The position numbers were made by a program, and so were the translations under genes. A stretch of DNA of 64,000 bases, from the NCBI GenBank assembly GCA_002269645.1, contig NIVC01000414.1:434001-498000 (forward strand). The letters are read 5' to 3'. The notes under the pieces are model-generated. The model worked only from the letters and a program-made list of their open reading frames with translations, did no database searches and was not told the origin of the DNA. Positions 1 through 10,200 of the stretch are shown in pieces (the stretch's first letter is position 1; every line of letters begins with the position of its first letter). This DNA is from Macrostomum lignano (lineage: Eukaryota).

Positions 1-181
1 GTGAGTTCCTGCCACTGCAATTGAGGCACCCAAGCTGCACATTCAAACATATGAGAGAGTTCCTGCCACTGCAATTGAGGCACCCAAGCTGCACATTCAA
101 ACATGTGAGTGAGTTCCTGCAACTGCAATTGAGGCACCCAAGCTGCACATTCAAACATGTGAGTTCCTGCAGCTGCAATTG
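1..181. repeat. 50-54-bp tandem repeat (GTGAGTTCCTGCAACTGCAATTGAGGCACCCAAGCTGCACATTCAAACAT)
   Basis: About 3.5 copies visible; same repeat at 12745-12922. Confidence 0.9.
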
Positions 182-232
182 AGCCTATAGATTTTAATAT
201 GGTTTCGGTTTTCTCACTTGAACTTTACTTAC

Positions 233-271
233 TCTTTCGTCAGGAAATGGTGATTTCCCTCGCTGTGCCAT
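233..271 (-). CDS. First coding exon of a paralogous ankyrin-repeat gene that continues off the left edge
   Basis: ATG..MAQRGKSPFPDER followed by a GTAAGT phase-0 donor; homologous to exon 12971-13009 (MAWRGKPPFPDEK, GTAAGT). Confidence 0.65.
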
Positions 272-1321
272 GACTGGAAGCTCAGTCGCAGGTGTCTCAG
301 CTCAGCCCAGAGTCCGGCAGGGCAGCGGCCGCCTCTGAAACAGATTTTATTGGCAGATTTGATGGAACGGCAGAACTGCTGCAATATCAGTGCGAGGCTA
401 CTTGAATTAGTAGTGCATTGAGCAGCCCTGAATCTGATTGAGCTCTGATTGCGAGTCAAATGAGACAGGTACTTAGTTGACGGAATTTATGGAATTTTGA
501 AGAAATGTTGCAGAATTTTAGATGACTGCGGGTTTGTAAGGACTTCTCATTTTTGTGGACATGCCTTCTCAGGCTGTCCTCATGTCGTTCTTATGTGTGA
601 AATGTTGAACGCTATTGTCAAATAAGTGAATCAACATTTGTAACCATGGCAATAAATGTAAATTGGTACAGTGTCAGGTATATTTGTATTTAGAAAAGCC
701 ACGACTGTTACAGCACAGAACAGGGCGTACAAAAGAAGCAGCACAATGGCATGCAAAAGCAGCACAGAGACTGGCAAATGCGCGCAGACCAGCATGGAAC
801 ATGAGCTCATTGAAAGTGAAGTTGAAAGTGAAAAGTTTCGCATTAGTGAGGAAAAGTAGCAACGAACTTTTACAAGTTGGAACGCCCCTCGCATTGCTTC
901 TAAAGTGCCCACTGTGCACATTTTGCCCACATTTTGCGACTCCAATGCACACTGTGCACCTTTAATGCACCCAACTCCCCTGTGACACCTGTGCCCCTAC
1001 CGCCTATTTCGTGCCTTAAATTCATTTTTTGACCCTGCGGAGGCACTCAGGTGAACACGCGGTGCGCAAGTGGAACAGAATAGGCATAAGAGAGGCGAAA
1101 GTGGAGCAGAAGGTGCAAAACTCTTCCCCTTTTATGCCTACTTTAGAAATTCTAAATCCAAAGGGAAGCAGACTTTGAGCAAATGCATGCAGCAGGAGAC
1201 AGTCGGAGCAGTGCGAGTTGCGGGTTCGCTCTGGAGCCGAGCAGAACCACGTGAGTTTGAACTGGCACTTATAAAGTACATGATGTGGATTGCAGCCATT
1301 ATGACTAATAGGGGGCACTGA

Positions 1322-1590
1322 CGGCTGAGTGTTGGGTGTCTGAGAGTGGATGTCTGAGTGCTGAGTGACTGAGGCCTGGGTGCGTGAGTGCTGGGTGTCA
1401 TAGGGTGGATGTCAGAGGGCTTGATGTCTGAGTGCTGGGTGTCTGAGGGTGGATGTCTGAGTGCTGGGCGTCTGAGTGCTGGGTGTCTGAGTGCTGTATG
1501 TCTGAGTGCTGAGTGTCTGAGTGCTGGGTGTCTATGAGGCAGTGAGGTGCCTGAGGCAGTGATTCAATGAGGTGCCTGAGACGGTGAGCC
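1322..1590. repeat. GTCTGAGTGCTGG-type minisatellite followed by a short GAGGCAGTGAGGTGCCT array
   Basis: Direct inspection. Confidence 0.85.
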
Positions 1591-1611
1591 GAAGTCACAG
1601 GTAGCAGGAGG

Positions 1612-2235
1612 TCACCGCTCCATCCTCTTTCGGTGCCTGAGCACAGTCTCAGACACGGTGATGGAGTGCAGACGCCCCGAGTCCCAACACTGCAGCTTCC
1701 TGGCGGTGTCCCTGCCGATGCCAAACAACAGCATCTCGGTGTCGTCCAGCATGTTGACAATTGAGCAGTGCTCATTGAGCGGCGAGTGCAGAGCTCGGTC
1801 CATGATGGCGCAGACTCTTCCCCTGAGCAGCTTGCACAGGGTGTGGGCGATGTCAGGCCTTGATGCCCCCGGCAGCAGCAGCAGGTGCATGCCCTGCAGG
1901 TACAGCTGAGGTGACAGCTGGCGCAGGTTCACCACGGTGGGGTCAGCGCTGAAGATGTTCTTCTGCGCCTCCGTCAGGCAGCGCGGGGGCTCCACGCGGA
2001 GCGAGCAGGCCTGCCGAAGGCGCACAAACACGTGCGACACCATGAATAAGGGCAGCTCGATCTTCACTCCGGCCGGCAGGTCTTCGTCCGAGTGACCGCC
2101 GCCCACCTCCAGCCCGGCCAGGCGGGGCAGCGCGTCACCGGTGACGCACTTGAGCCGCTCGCCTGTAGCCAGAATGTCCTCCAGGCTGTAGTAGCAGCCA
2201 AAGTGGTGAAGGTCGCGGAACTGGACTGGGTCCTC
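1612..2235 (-). CDS. GINS3: DNA replication complex GINS subunit Psf3, copy A (single coding exon, no ATG in the exon)
   Basis: Frame open from the acceptor ccccag|GAG at 2235: EDPVQFRDLHHFGCYYSLEDILATGERL..KIELPLFM..FSADPTVVNL..LDDTEMLLF..LQCWDSG..RHRKR, matching recalled Psf3 motifs (SLDDIL, KLELPLW, FSADPNVVDL, FQCWEKG). Confidence 0.9.
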   Translation of the reverse strand, partial: EDPVQFRDLHHFGCYYSLEDILATGERLKCVTGDALPRLAGLEVGGGHSDEDLPAGVKIELPLFMVSHVFVRLRQACSLRVEPPRCLTEAQKNIFSADPTVVNLRQLSPQLYLQGMHLLLLPGASRPDIAHTLCKLLRGRVCAIMDRALHSPLNEHCSIVNMLDDTEMLLFGIGRDTARKLQCWDSGRLHSITVSETVLRHRKRMER

Positions 2236-2294
2236 CTGGGGTGGGGGTGTGGGGGTGTGGGGGTTTGGCGTGATGGCATCTGACTGGATCCATG

Positions 2295-2919
2295 TGTGAT
2301 GTATGCACTTTTATGTTTATGGTTATGTTTATGGTTTACGGACTTAGCGGGAGCTAAAGTACCCAGAAAGCTGCGGGCTGCTTAATATTCATTTTACTAT
2401 TTTTTTCGTTAGGCTTCGAGCCTACGTGTTTGCTTTTACAATAGACTAGCTCGAACAAAATACGACATAAAAACAAAAACAGTGGCGACGATGCCGGTTA
2501 TCGAACCATTCAACTGCAGCAACCCTCGGAACTGGGAGGAGTACGAGGAGCGGTTGGAGCGTTTTCTTGTGGTCAAGAAAGTCACTGATAAAAAGGCCAA
2601 CCTGCTGACCCTGATCGGAGAAGAGGCTGAATGAATTATGAGGAAAGACAATTGTTATGGCTATGGGATAATTGCTATGGGATACTGGTACCCGCAAAAC
2701 CGAGTAGCGGGCCGAACTACAGAATCAGCTGGAAGGACTAGCAGTTGAGCCGGTGGTTAAAGCAAAGGCTTCTACAATTAGCAGGACTCCACAGCAGGAA
2801 CAACCTGTGTCTCGATACAGGTTGAGACAGGATTTTGATAAAGCCTCCCATACGTTTCATTACAGGAAAGGAAGGAGTGTAATGTATGCACTTCTATGTT
2901 TATGGTTTAAACACGGACT
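2295..2919 (+). mobile_element. Miniature internally deleted Gypsy (Mag-like) LTR element, TRIM-like
   Basis: 5' LTR TGT..ACA at 2295-2481, PBS TGGCGACG at 2483, gag start MPVIEPFNCSNPRNWEEYEERLERFL at 2491-2634, PPT AGGAAAGGAAGGAG at 2864-2877, and a truncated 3' LTR start at 2878-2919. Confidence 0.78.
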
Positions 2920-3160
2920 GGATCTGTGATGCTGTCTGACTAGATCTGTGATGGTGTCTGACTAGATCTGTGATGGTGTCTGACTAGATCTGTGATGCTG
3001 TCTGACTAGATCTGTGATGCTGTCTGACTAGATCTGTGATGGTGTCTGACTAGATCTGTGATGGTTTGACTAGATCTGAGATGCTGTCTGACTAGATCTG
3101 TGATGGTTTGACTAGATCTGAGATGCTGTCTGACTAGATCTGTGATGGTGTCTGACTAGA
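2920..3160. repeat. 22-bp minisatellite GACTAGATCTGTGATGGTGTCT
   Basis: About 11 copies; only about 2-3 copies at the paralogous site near 22170. Confidence 0.9.
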
Positions 3161-3721
3161 TTACAGGCTGCCTGTCCATCTGTTAGCTAATATTACAAAT
3201 GAAATTATGCAAATCACGAGTCGATGGCGTTGTTCGCTAGCGTTATAACAGGAACTCATGTATTTGGTTATTAATAAAATCTAAAATAACTAAAGAGGAT
3301 CAATAATCTACTAGACAATTAAAATTAAAACTTAAAGCATATTCATTCCACAATGTAAATAAAAATACGGTTCACTACAATAAACCTGTGACAGAGTTAC
3401 ACTAATGAGACAATACTTATTACATAAGCATGGCGTGCAGCACTAAAATGGCATTTCTGATTGTCTTTGATAATTCAAATCCACCTCAGAGTCATCAAGC
3501 AGTTTATCTCCATCACGGATGCAGGGTCCCAAGCAAATTTGTTCTGACAGGTGAATAACAGCAGAACTGCATGACTGCTAAAAGCTGAACAGCATCGATA
3601 AGCAGATGGAATCCATCAGCCTGAGACACTGAGGCTGAGCTCTGATTGAATAAAATAACACCTGGGTTGAAGGCTTCAGCAGCGACTGAGACAACAGTGG
3701 GAAACAGAAATACATGGATTG

Positions 3722-4372
3722 GGATTTTAGCTGAGTGATTGGGACTTTTAGCTGAGTGAGTGGATTTTTAGCTGAGTGAGTGGATTTTTAGCTGAGTGAG
3801 TGGCATTTTAGCTGAGTGAGTGGATTTTTAGCTGAGTGAGTGGTATTTTTAGCTGCGTGAGTGGCATTTTTAGCTGAGTGAGTGGCAGTTTAGCTGAGCG
3901 AGTGGCATTTTAGCTGAGTAAGTGGCATTTTAGCTGAGTGAGTGGATTTTTAGCTGAGTGAGTGGCATTTTTAGCTGAGTGAGTGGCATTTTAGCTGAGT
4001 GAGTGGTATTTTTAGCTGAGTGAGTGGCATTTTTAGCTGAGTGAGTGGCATTTTAGCTGAGTGAGTGGATTTTTAGCTGAGTGAGTGGTATTTTTAGCTG
4101 AGTGAGTGGATTTTTAGCTGAGTGAGTGGTATTTTTAGCTGAGTGAGTGGATTTTTAGCTGAGTGAGTGGATTTTTAGCTGAGTGAGTGACATTTTCAGC
4201 CTAGCCGAGTGAGATTTTTAGCTGAGTGAGTGACATTTTCAGCCTAGCCGAGTGAGATTTTTAGCTGAGTGAGTGACATTTTCAGCCTAGCCGAGTGTGA
4301 TTTTTAGCTGAGTGAGTGGATTTTTAGCTGAGTGAGTGGCATTTTTAGCTGAGTGAGTGGGAGTTTTAGTTG
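3722..4372. repeat. 20-21-bp minisatellite TTTTTAGCTGAGTGAGTGGA
   Basis: Direct inspection; paralogous array at 22747-23945. Confidence 0.92.
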
Positions 4373-4922
4373 ACTAAGTGGCCAGACCAGTAAAACAAAA
4401 AATAAAAACCAGAACAAAGCAGGCAGCAGCACCAGATCAGGCAGTTTGCATCTGTGTAGATTGGTCGGTTTAAACTCAACTGACAGACATAACTGAAATC
4501 ACTGACCTCATCAATAATGAATTTACTCTGGTGCAGTAAAACAAATTTAAATTGACAGCAGTTTCAACTAACAGACAGCAATAAATAAAAGTACATTTAA
4601 TACCCATCGAAATGAAGACCAACAAAAGCAACATTGGAATAAATTTATTTTGTTTCATTTAAAGCAAAGCTACTCACAGTAGTCAGATGCATTTTATATA
4701 CTGAACTGGGCAGTCACAACAGTCAGTGCATTAATAACAGCAGGGACACTGGAAGGTCACACAGGTATTGTGAGTACTGTGAGTAGCAGTTGCGAGGTGA
4801 TTTTGACAGCCGGAGACAAGCAGTAAACAAAACACAGCAGTGACCAGATGCTCATTCAGTATTGAGTAATTCTAATATAAATTCATATCAATAATTCCAG
4901 TGCGGCTCAGTCAGGGCAGCCG

Positions 4923-5095
4923 CTATTTCAGCTTCACCAGATCGGCAAACGCCAAGTCTGCTCTGCTCTGCAGGGCGGGAGACACCGGCTGGCGGGATTG
5001 CGGGGCTCCCGCTGCCTGCCGCTGCTGCTGCTGGGTGCCCGACCAGTTCACCCTGCCGGGGCTGCCGGGGCTGCGCACCTGCTGAGGGGCGGCTG
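4923..5095 (-). pseudogene. Orphan duplicate of the CLINT1 last coding exon
   Basis: AAPQQVRSPGSPGRVNWSGTQ..DLAFADLVKLK* matches 24495-24673 with a 6-bp deletion; the upstream CLINT1 exons are absent from this copy. Confidence 0.8.
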
Positions 5096-5156
5096 CTGAG
5101 AATGGGAGAGGTTGGGGAATAGGGTGAGAATCAGGCAGTTTCCGCAACAGAGAGAA

Positions 5157-6082
5157 AGCAGACACAGCACAAGAGCCAGTCTGAAAGCAGACACAGCACA
5201 AGAGCCAGTCTGAAAGCAGACACAGCACAAGAGCCAGTCTGAAAGCAGACACAGCACAAGAGCCAGTCTGAAAGCAGACACAGCACAAGAGCCAGTCTGA
5301 AAGCAGACACAGCACAAGAGCCAGTCTGAAAGCAGACACAGCACAAGAGCCAGTCTGAAAGCAGACACAGCACAAGAGCCAGTCTGAAAGCAGACACAGC
5401 ACAAGAGCCAGTCTGAAAGCAGACACAGCACAAGAGCCAGTCTGAAAGCAGACACAGCACAAGAGCCAGTCTGAAAGCAGACACAGCACAAGAGCCAGTC
5501 TGAAAGCAGACACAGCACCAGAGCCAGTCTGAAAGCAGACACAGCACCAGAGCCAGTCTGAAAGCAGACACAGCACAAGAGCCAGTCTGAAAGCAGACAC
5601 AGCACAAGAGCCAGTCTGAAAGCAGACACAGCACAAGAGCCAGTCTGAAAGCAGACACAGCACAAGAGCCAGTCTGAAAGCAGACACAGCACAAGAGCCA
5701 GTCTGAAAGCAGACACAGCACAAGAGCCAGTCTGAAAGCAGACACAGCACAAGAGCCAGTCTGAAAGCAGACACAGCACAAGAGCCAGTCTGAAAGCAGA
5801 CACAGCACAAGAGCCAGTCTGAAAGCAGACACAGCACAAGAGCCAGTCTGAAAGCAGACACAACACAAGAGCCAGTCTGAAAGCAGACACAGCACAAGAG
5901 CCAGTCTGAAAGCAGACACAGCACAAGAGCCAGTCTGAAAGCAGACACAGCACAAGAGCCAGTCTGAAAGCAGACACAGCACAAGAGCCAGTCTGAAAGC
6001 AGACACAACACAAGAGCCAGTCTGAAAGCAGACACAGCACCAGAGCCAGTCTGAAAGCAGACACAGCAAAACAGCCAGTCTG
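5157..6082. repeat. 29-bp minisatellite GTCTGAAAGCAGACACAGCACAAGAGCCA
   Basis: About 31 near-perfect copies; contains the duplication breakpoint. Confidence 0.95.
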
Positions 6083-6404
6083 TTCCAGCAAACGAAGGCA
6101 CCCAGGCCTCAAAGGCGTAAAGAGCTGCGCTTTCAATCAGAACTGTGCAAAAGAGAAAGAGTTGTCGGTGCTTCACTGCTCCAGGGCCAACTGATTTTCT
6201 TAGAAGCCTTGTGGGATATCTGCAGTTTTTATTGATTTCTACAATGCGTGGGCATCTACGGCCCTCTTCGTGTTTAGCCAAAACCCCAAGCATTTCCAGT
6301 AATGGACTGATTCTACCAGTTGCCCCGTAGGAGCAGTCTCTCGTCTCCGTTGGGTCTGCCTCTTAAAGAGCAACTTTGGTTTCTGAATTCCCAGCTTGTG
6401 ATTC

Positions 6405-6505
6405 TGTCTCTCTGCAGCTGGCTCTACTCTCTCTGCAGCTGGCTCTACTCTCTGTGCAGCTGGCTCTACTCTCTCTGCAGCTGGCTCTACCCTCTCTGCA
6501 GCTGC
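6405..6505. repeat. 21-bp tandem repeat CTCTCTGCAGCTGGCTCTACT
   Basis: About 4.5 copies. Confidence 0.85.
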
Positions 6506-7274
6506 TTTTTCAGAATCTCACTCTCTTCCACTTCCAAATACAGTTTAACTTTTTATCAGCTGTTAAGTTAAAAACACAGCAGTGCTGAGAGTCGGACAGT
6601 TCCGGTATGCTAGAGAGTCACACATGAGTATATTTGATAAATTCGTCACAAAAGCTCAAAAAATGAGCTGATGGGAAATAGCAAATAGTTTGATTACAGA
6701 TTGGAATTTGAGCAGCTTCACTGCTTGAGGGTGAGCAGAGAGTAAAAGATTGGTGCGAAAGAGAAAGCAGAGAAAAGGAAACAGCTTAACAGTTGGCGCT
6801 TGAAATGAGAGAAGTTCATGGGTGCATCTGGCACTCAGTCACGGGGGAATTGAAGCTCAGTGATCCATCTATGCCTGCGGCAAATTTATACAATAGTTGT
6901 GGAATAAATTGTTTGAAAATCTGGCGAAATCGAAACAATAAAGAGAAAAAGTTGAGTAGGCTTTCTTAAAAGTTAAATCAACAAATTTTAATGGTTCAAC
7001 GCATTTTCAGATTTACTCCAGATCCGTCAGGAATCCGTCTGCTAGAAAGTATCCCCCATGCCCGCATATCCATGTTCTGAAAAAGTATTTGTCATTTGAT
7101 TCGAACAATCAAAGCGCCACTTGAAGTATAAAGTAAGGGAAAGTTCAAAAGCCAAGTATTGCACGCTAGACTGCTAAAGACAGAAGTTTTCGATCAATTT
7201 CAATTTACGCGTACCATGCGTATAAAAAATCTTCACGGACAGTTTTTTCAAGCATGTCGGCTTAGACCTGCGAC

Positions 7275-10200
7275 TCAGAAAATTCCCGTCAGGAACTCGT
7301 GCTTCAGCAGCTGCTGTGCTGACTTTCGCTCGCTGTTTTATTGTAAAAATCTGTAATATTAACAAAAAATCACAAAAAATTTTGATGTTAAAATTCAACT
7401 CAACTGTCAGAGCAAACTGCTTGCTGATGTCTCACAGCTCGCAGGCAGCTGAACATTAATATTCAACTGGAAATCTGCAGTCAAATTGCACTGCAAATCT
7501 GTGTGTTCTATAGCTGTGTGCTGTAGCTGTGTGTGCTGTAGCTGTGTGCTGTAGCTGTGTGTGCTGTAGCTGTGTGCTGTAGTTGTGTGTGCTGTAGCTG
7601 TGTGCTGTAGCTGTGTGTGCTGTAGCTGTGTGCTGTAGTTGTGTGTGCTGTAGCTGTGTGCTGTAGCTGTGTGCTGTAGCTGTGTGTGCTGTAGCTGTGT
7701 GCTGTAGCTGTGTGTGCTGTAGCTGTGTGCTGTAGCTGTGTGTGCTGTAGCTGTGTGCTGTAGCTGTGTGTGCTGTAGCTGTGTGCTGTAGCTGTGTGTG
7801 CTGTAGCTGTGTGCTGTAGCTGTGTGTGCTGTAGCTGTGTGTGCTGTAGCTGTGTGTGCTGTAGCTGTGTGTGCTGTAGCTGTGTGCTGTATCTGTGTGT
7901 GCTGTAGTTGTGTGTGCTGTAGCTGTGTGTGCTGTAGCTGTGTGTGCTGTAGCTGTGTGTGCTGTAGCTGTGTGTGCTGTATCTGTGTGTGCTGTAGCTG
8001 TGTGCTGTAGCTGTGTGCTGTAGCTGTGTGTGCTGTAGCTGTGTGCTGTAGCTGTGTGCTGTAGCTGTGTGCTGTAGCTGTGTGTGCTGTAGCTGTATGC
8101 TGTAGCTGTGTGTGCTGTAGCTGTGTGTGCTGTAGCTGTGTGCTGTAGCTGTATGCTGTAGCTGTCTGCTGTAGTCTTTTTAACAGTACAGTAATTATTT
8201 TGTGTGCTGAAGGAACTCACGGCAGTGCCAGAGGCTCGTAGAAGTAAATCTTGCCGTCGTACCTAAATAGGCAGTGGGGAGTCTTAAGTCAGAGGGAATT
8301 CAGTTGAGAGCCACGTAGAATACAAAAAGCTTCAAAAAATTTACCCAAATTTACTCAAACAAGTGTATTGTCTCACAGCTCGCATTAAAATTCAACTGGC
8401 AATCTGCAGTCAAATTGCACTGCAAACTCCCTCAATGCAGCTCAGTCAGTCCCTGCTGCCCATTTAAACTACAAAAATGTAAAAATGCCCACTCAGAGCA
8501 ACTGCAGTCAGCTGCTCAATATTCAATCATAAATTACAGCATAAAGTTTATTAATGATGAATCAAAGTCAGAGAGACATTGTCAGTCGCCATGGAAACTC
8601 ACCCACGCAGCAGCTCAGCCAGTTCGCTCTTTTCCCACTTTGTGGCCAAACGCAGCGCAGTCTTGCTGAATTTGTCCTTCAGGCTCCAAACCGCCCCTGA
8701 GTCCAGCAGAACCCGACCGACTGCGGCGGCGGCGGCGGGGGGCGCACAGATGGCTGCCAGCATGAGGGGCGTGGATTCACAGTCATTCCTGGCATTGGCG
8801 GAGGCTCCGGCAGCCAGCAGAGCGGAGGCTGCGGCAGAATTGCCAGTCTTGGCTGCATGGTGCAGGCAACTGTCAGCCCATCTATCAGCACAGGTGGGGT
8901 CACCCAGCTGCACCAGCTGCTCCCACAGAGCCTCATCATCGCACGAGCTGTTCCGAGCTGCCAACATCAACGCGCTGCGACCAAATCCGTCAGGCAGGTC
9001 GCAGTTCCAGCGGGTCGCCGCTTGCCGCAGCCCCGCCGAGTCGCCCGCCTCGGCCAGCCGCTGCAGTTCCTGTCGATCCGCCTCCTCCTGCAAAGGCAAG
9101 CGGGAAATTTGAGCACAGCTGCTCAGCTGCAGCCGCATCGGCAGCGCAGATGCCGCTCACCTGATCTGTCAGGCCGGAGATCTTGCCATCTGCATCCACA
9201 ACCAGCCGCATCTCCCTGCAACAGCAAAAATGAGCAGCGAATTTGCAATTTTCTCAAATCCGACAACTACGATCGCGAAAACAATTTTTTAGTTGTACAA
9301 TAGAATTTTCATGATAAATTTAGAATTTAGTAAACAGAAATTCTTAATTCTCTGAGCTGCTCGCAGATGGAGTTTCCAAGAGGACTGCAGCAGCTCTGCA
9401 ACAATCAGCATTGGCGAGAGCGCATCCGACTTCTCACACGCAGCTCATTTTCCATTTCTGCAGCATGAGTTTCCTTCCATCTCACAATGTCTCACAAAGC
9501 ACTCATGTACAGCCTCCCAGTTCTCCATCTGCAGCTCAACCCACACACTCTCACTGCACACCGAGGCCCTACAGCTTCCATTCTCGACTGAGATCAACCG
9601 GCACCCCATTGGCTGGTAGGCAGTCAGCCAATCACAGCTCTCGCCCATCAAGCAGTCAGACAGAGACAAGCTCAGCTGACTGGCTCTGATTGGCTGGCCT
9701 GAGACTGCAGCTCTGGCCACCAAAGCCAGCCGAATGCTGCAAAACTTGATGGACACAGCAGCGAACTGCTCACTCACCGCTCGATGTAGCTGGCCAGCTC
9801 TGAGTGGCCGCTGAGCCTCGCCAGGTCCGACGCCGTCCGACCCTCGCGATCCTGCAGTCCGAGCAGCCGCGATCTCTTCGAGTTTCCGTGCTCAGAGCAC
9901 TCATTGAACCTTATCTGCCTGAGCAGGTGCAGCAGGTGCTTGGCGCATTTCCAGCTTCCAGTCCACGCCGCCTCCATCAGCGGAGTGGCGCCGTTGTCGT
10001 TCAGCAGCCACTTCGCATCGAACGACAGCAGCGTCAGCAGCCGCAGGTGGTCCCGCCGGGCTGCCAGGTGCGCAGCCGTGTCGCCGTTCGCGTCAGCCGC
10101 CTTGGGGTCCGCGCCCAGCTCAAATAAGTACAAGATGCACTTTTCAGTGTGCACGGGAGTCTCAGGAGCGTCGGCCACCTGCATGAGGACGGTCCGAAGA

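Larger units (their letters stand above)
1..6070. repeat. Tandem segmental duplication, copy A (matches about 12745-13930 plus about 20940-26100)
   Basis: Same order of near-identical unique blocks: 50-54-bp repeats, ankyrin exon 1, GINS3 exon, mini-LTR element, satellites and CLINT1 last exon. Homology stops inside the 29-bp satellite at about 6070. Confidence 0.92.

Noticed and set aside
3162-4692. Candidate cis ATG mini-exons for GINS3 (ATGGACAGGCAGCCT|gtaatc; ATGCATCTGACTACT|gtgagt)
   Set aside because: In copy B the first loses its GT and the second has GTG instead of ATG, so neither is conserved; not fully excluded.
4923-6293. Long Cys/Leu-rich ORFs (also 24460-26341)
   Set aside because: They are translations of the 29-bp satellite in all three frames; the region is a CLINT1 intron or its duplicate.
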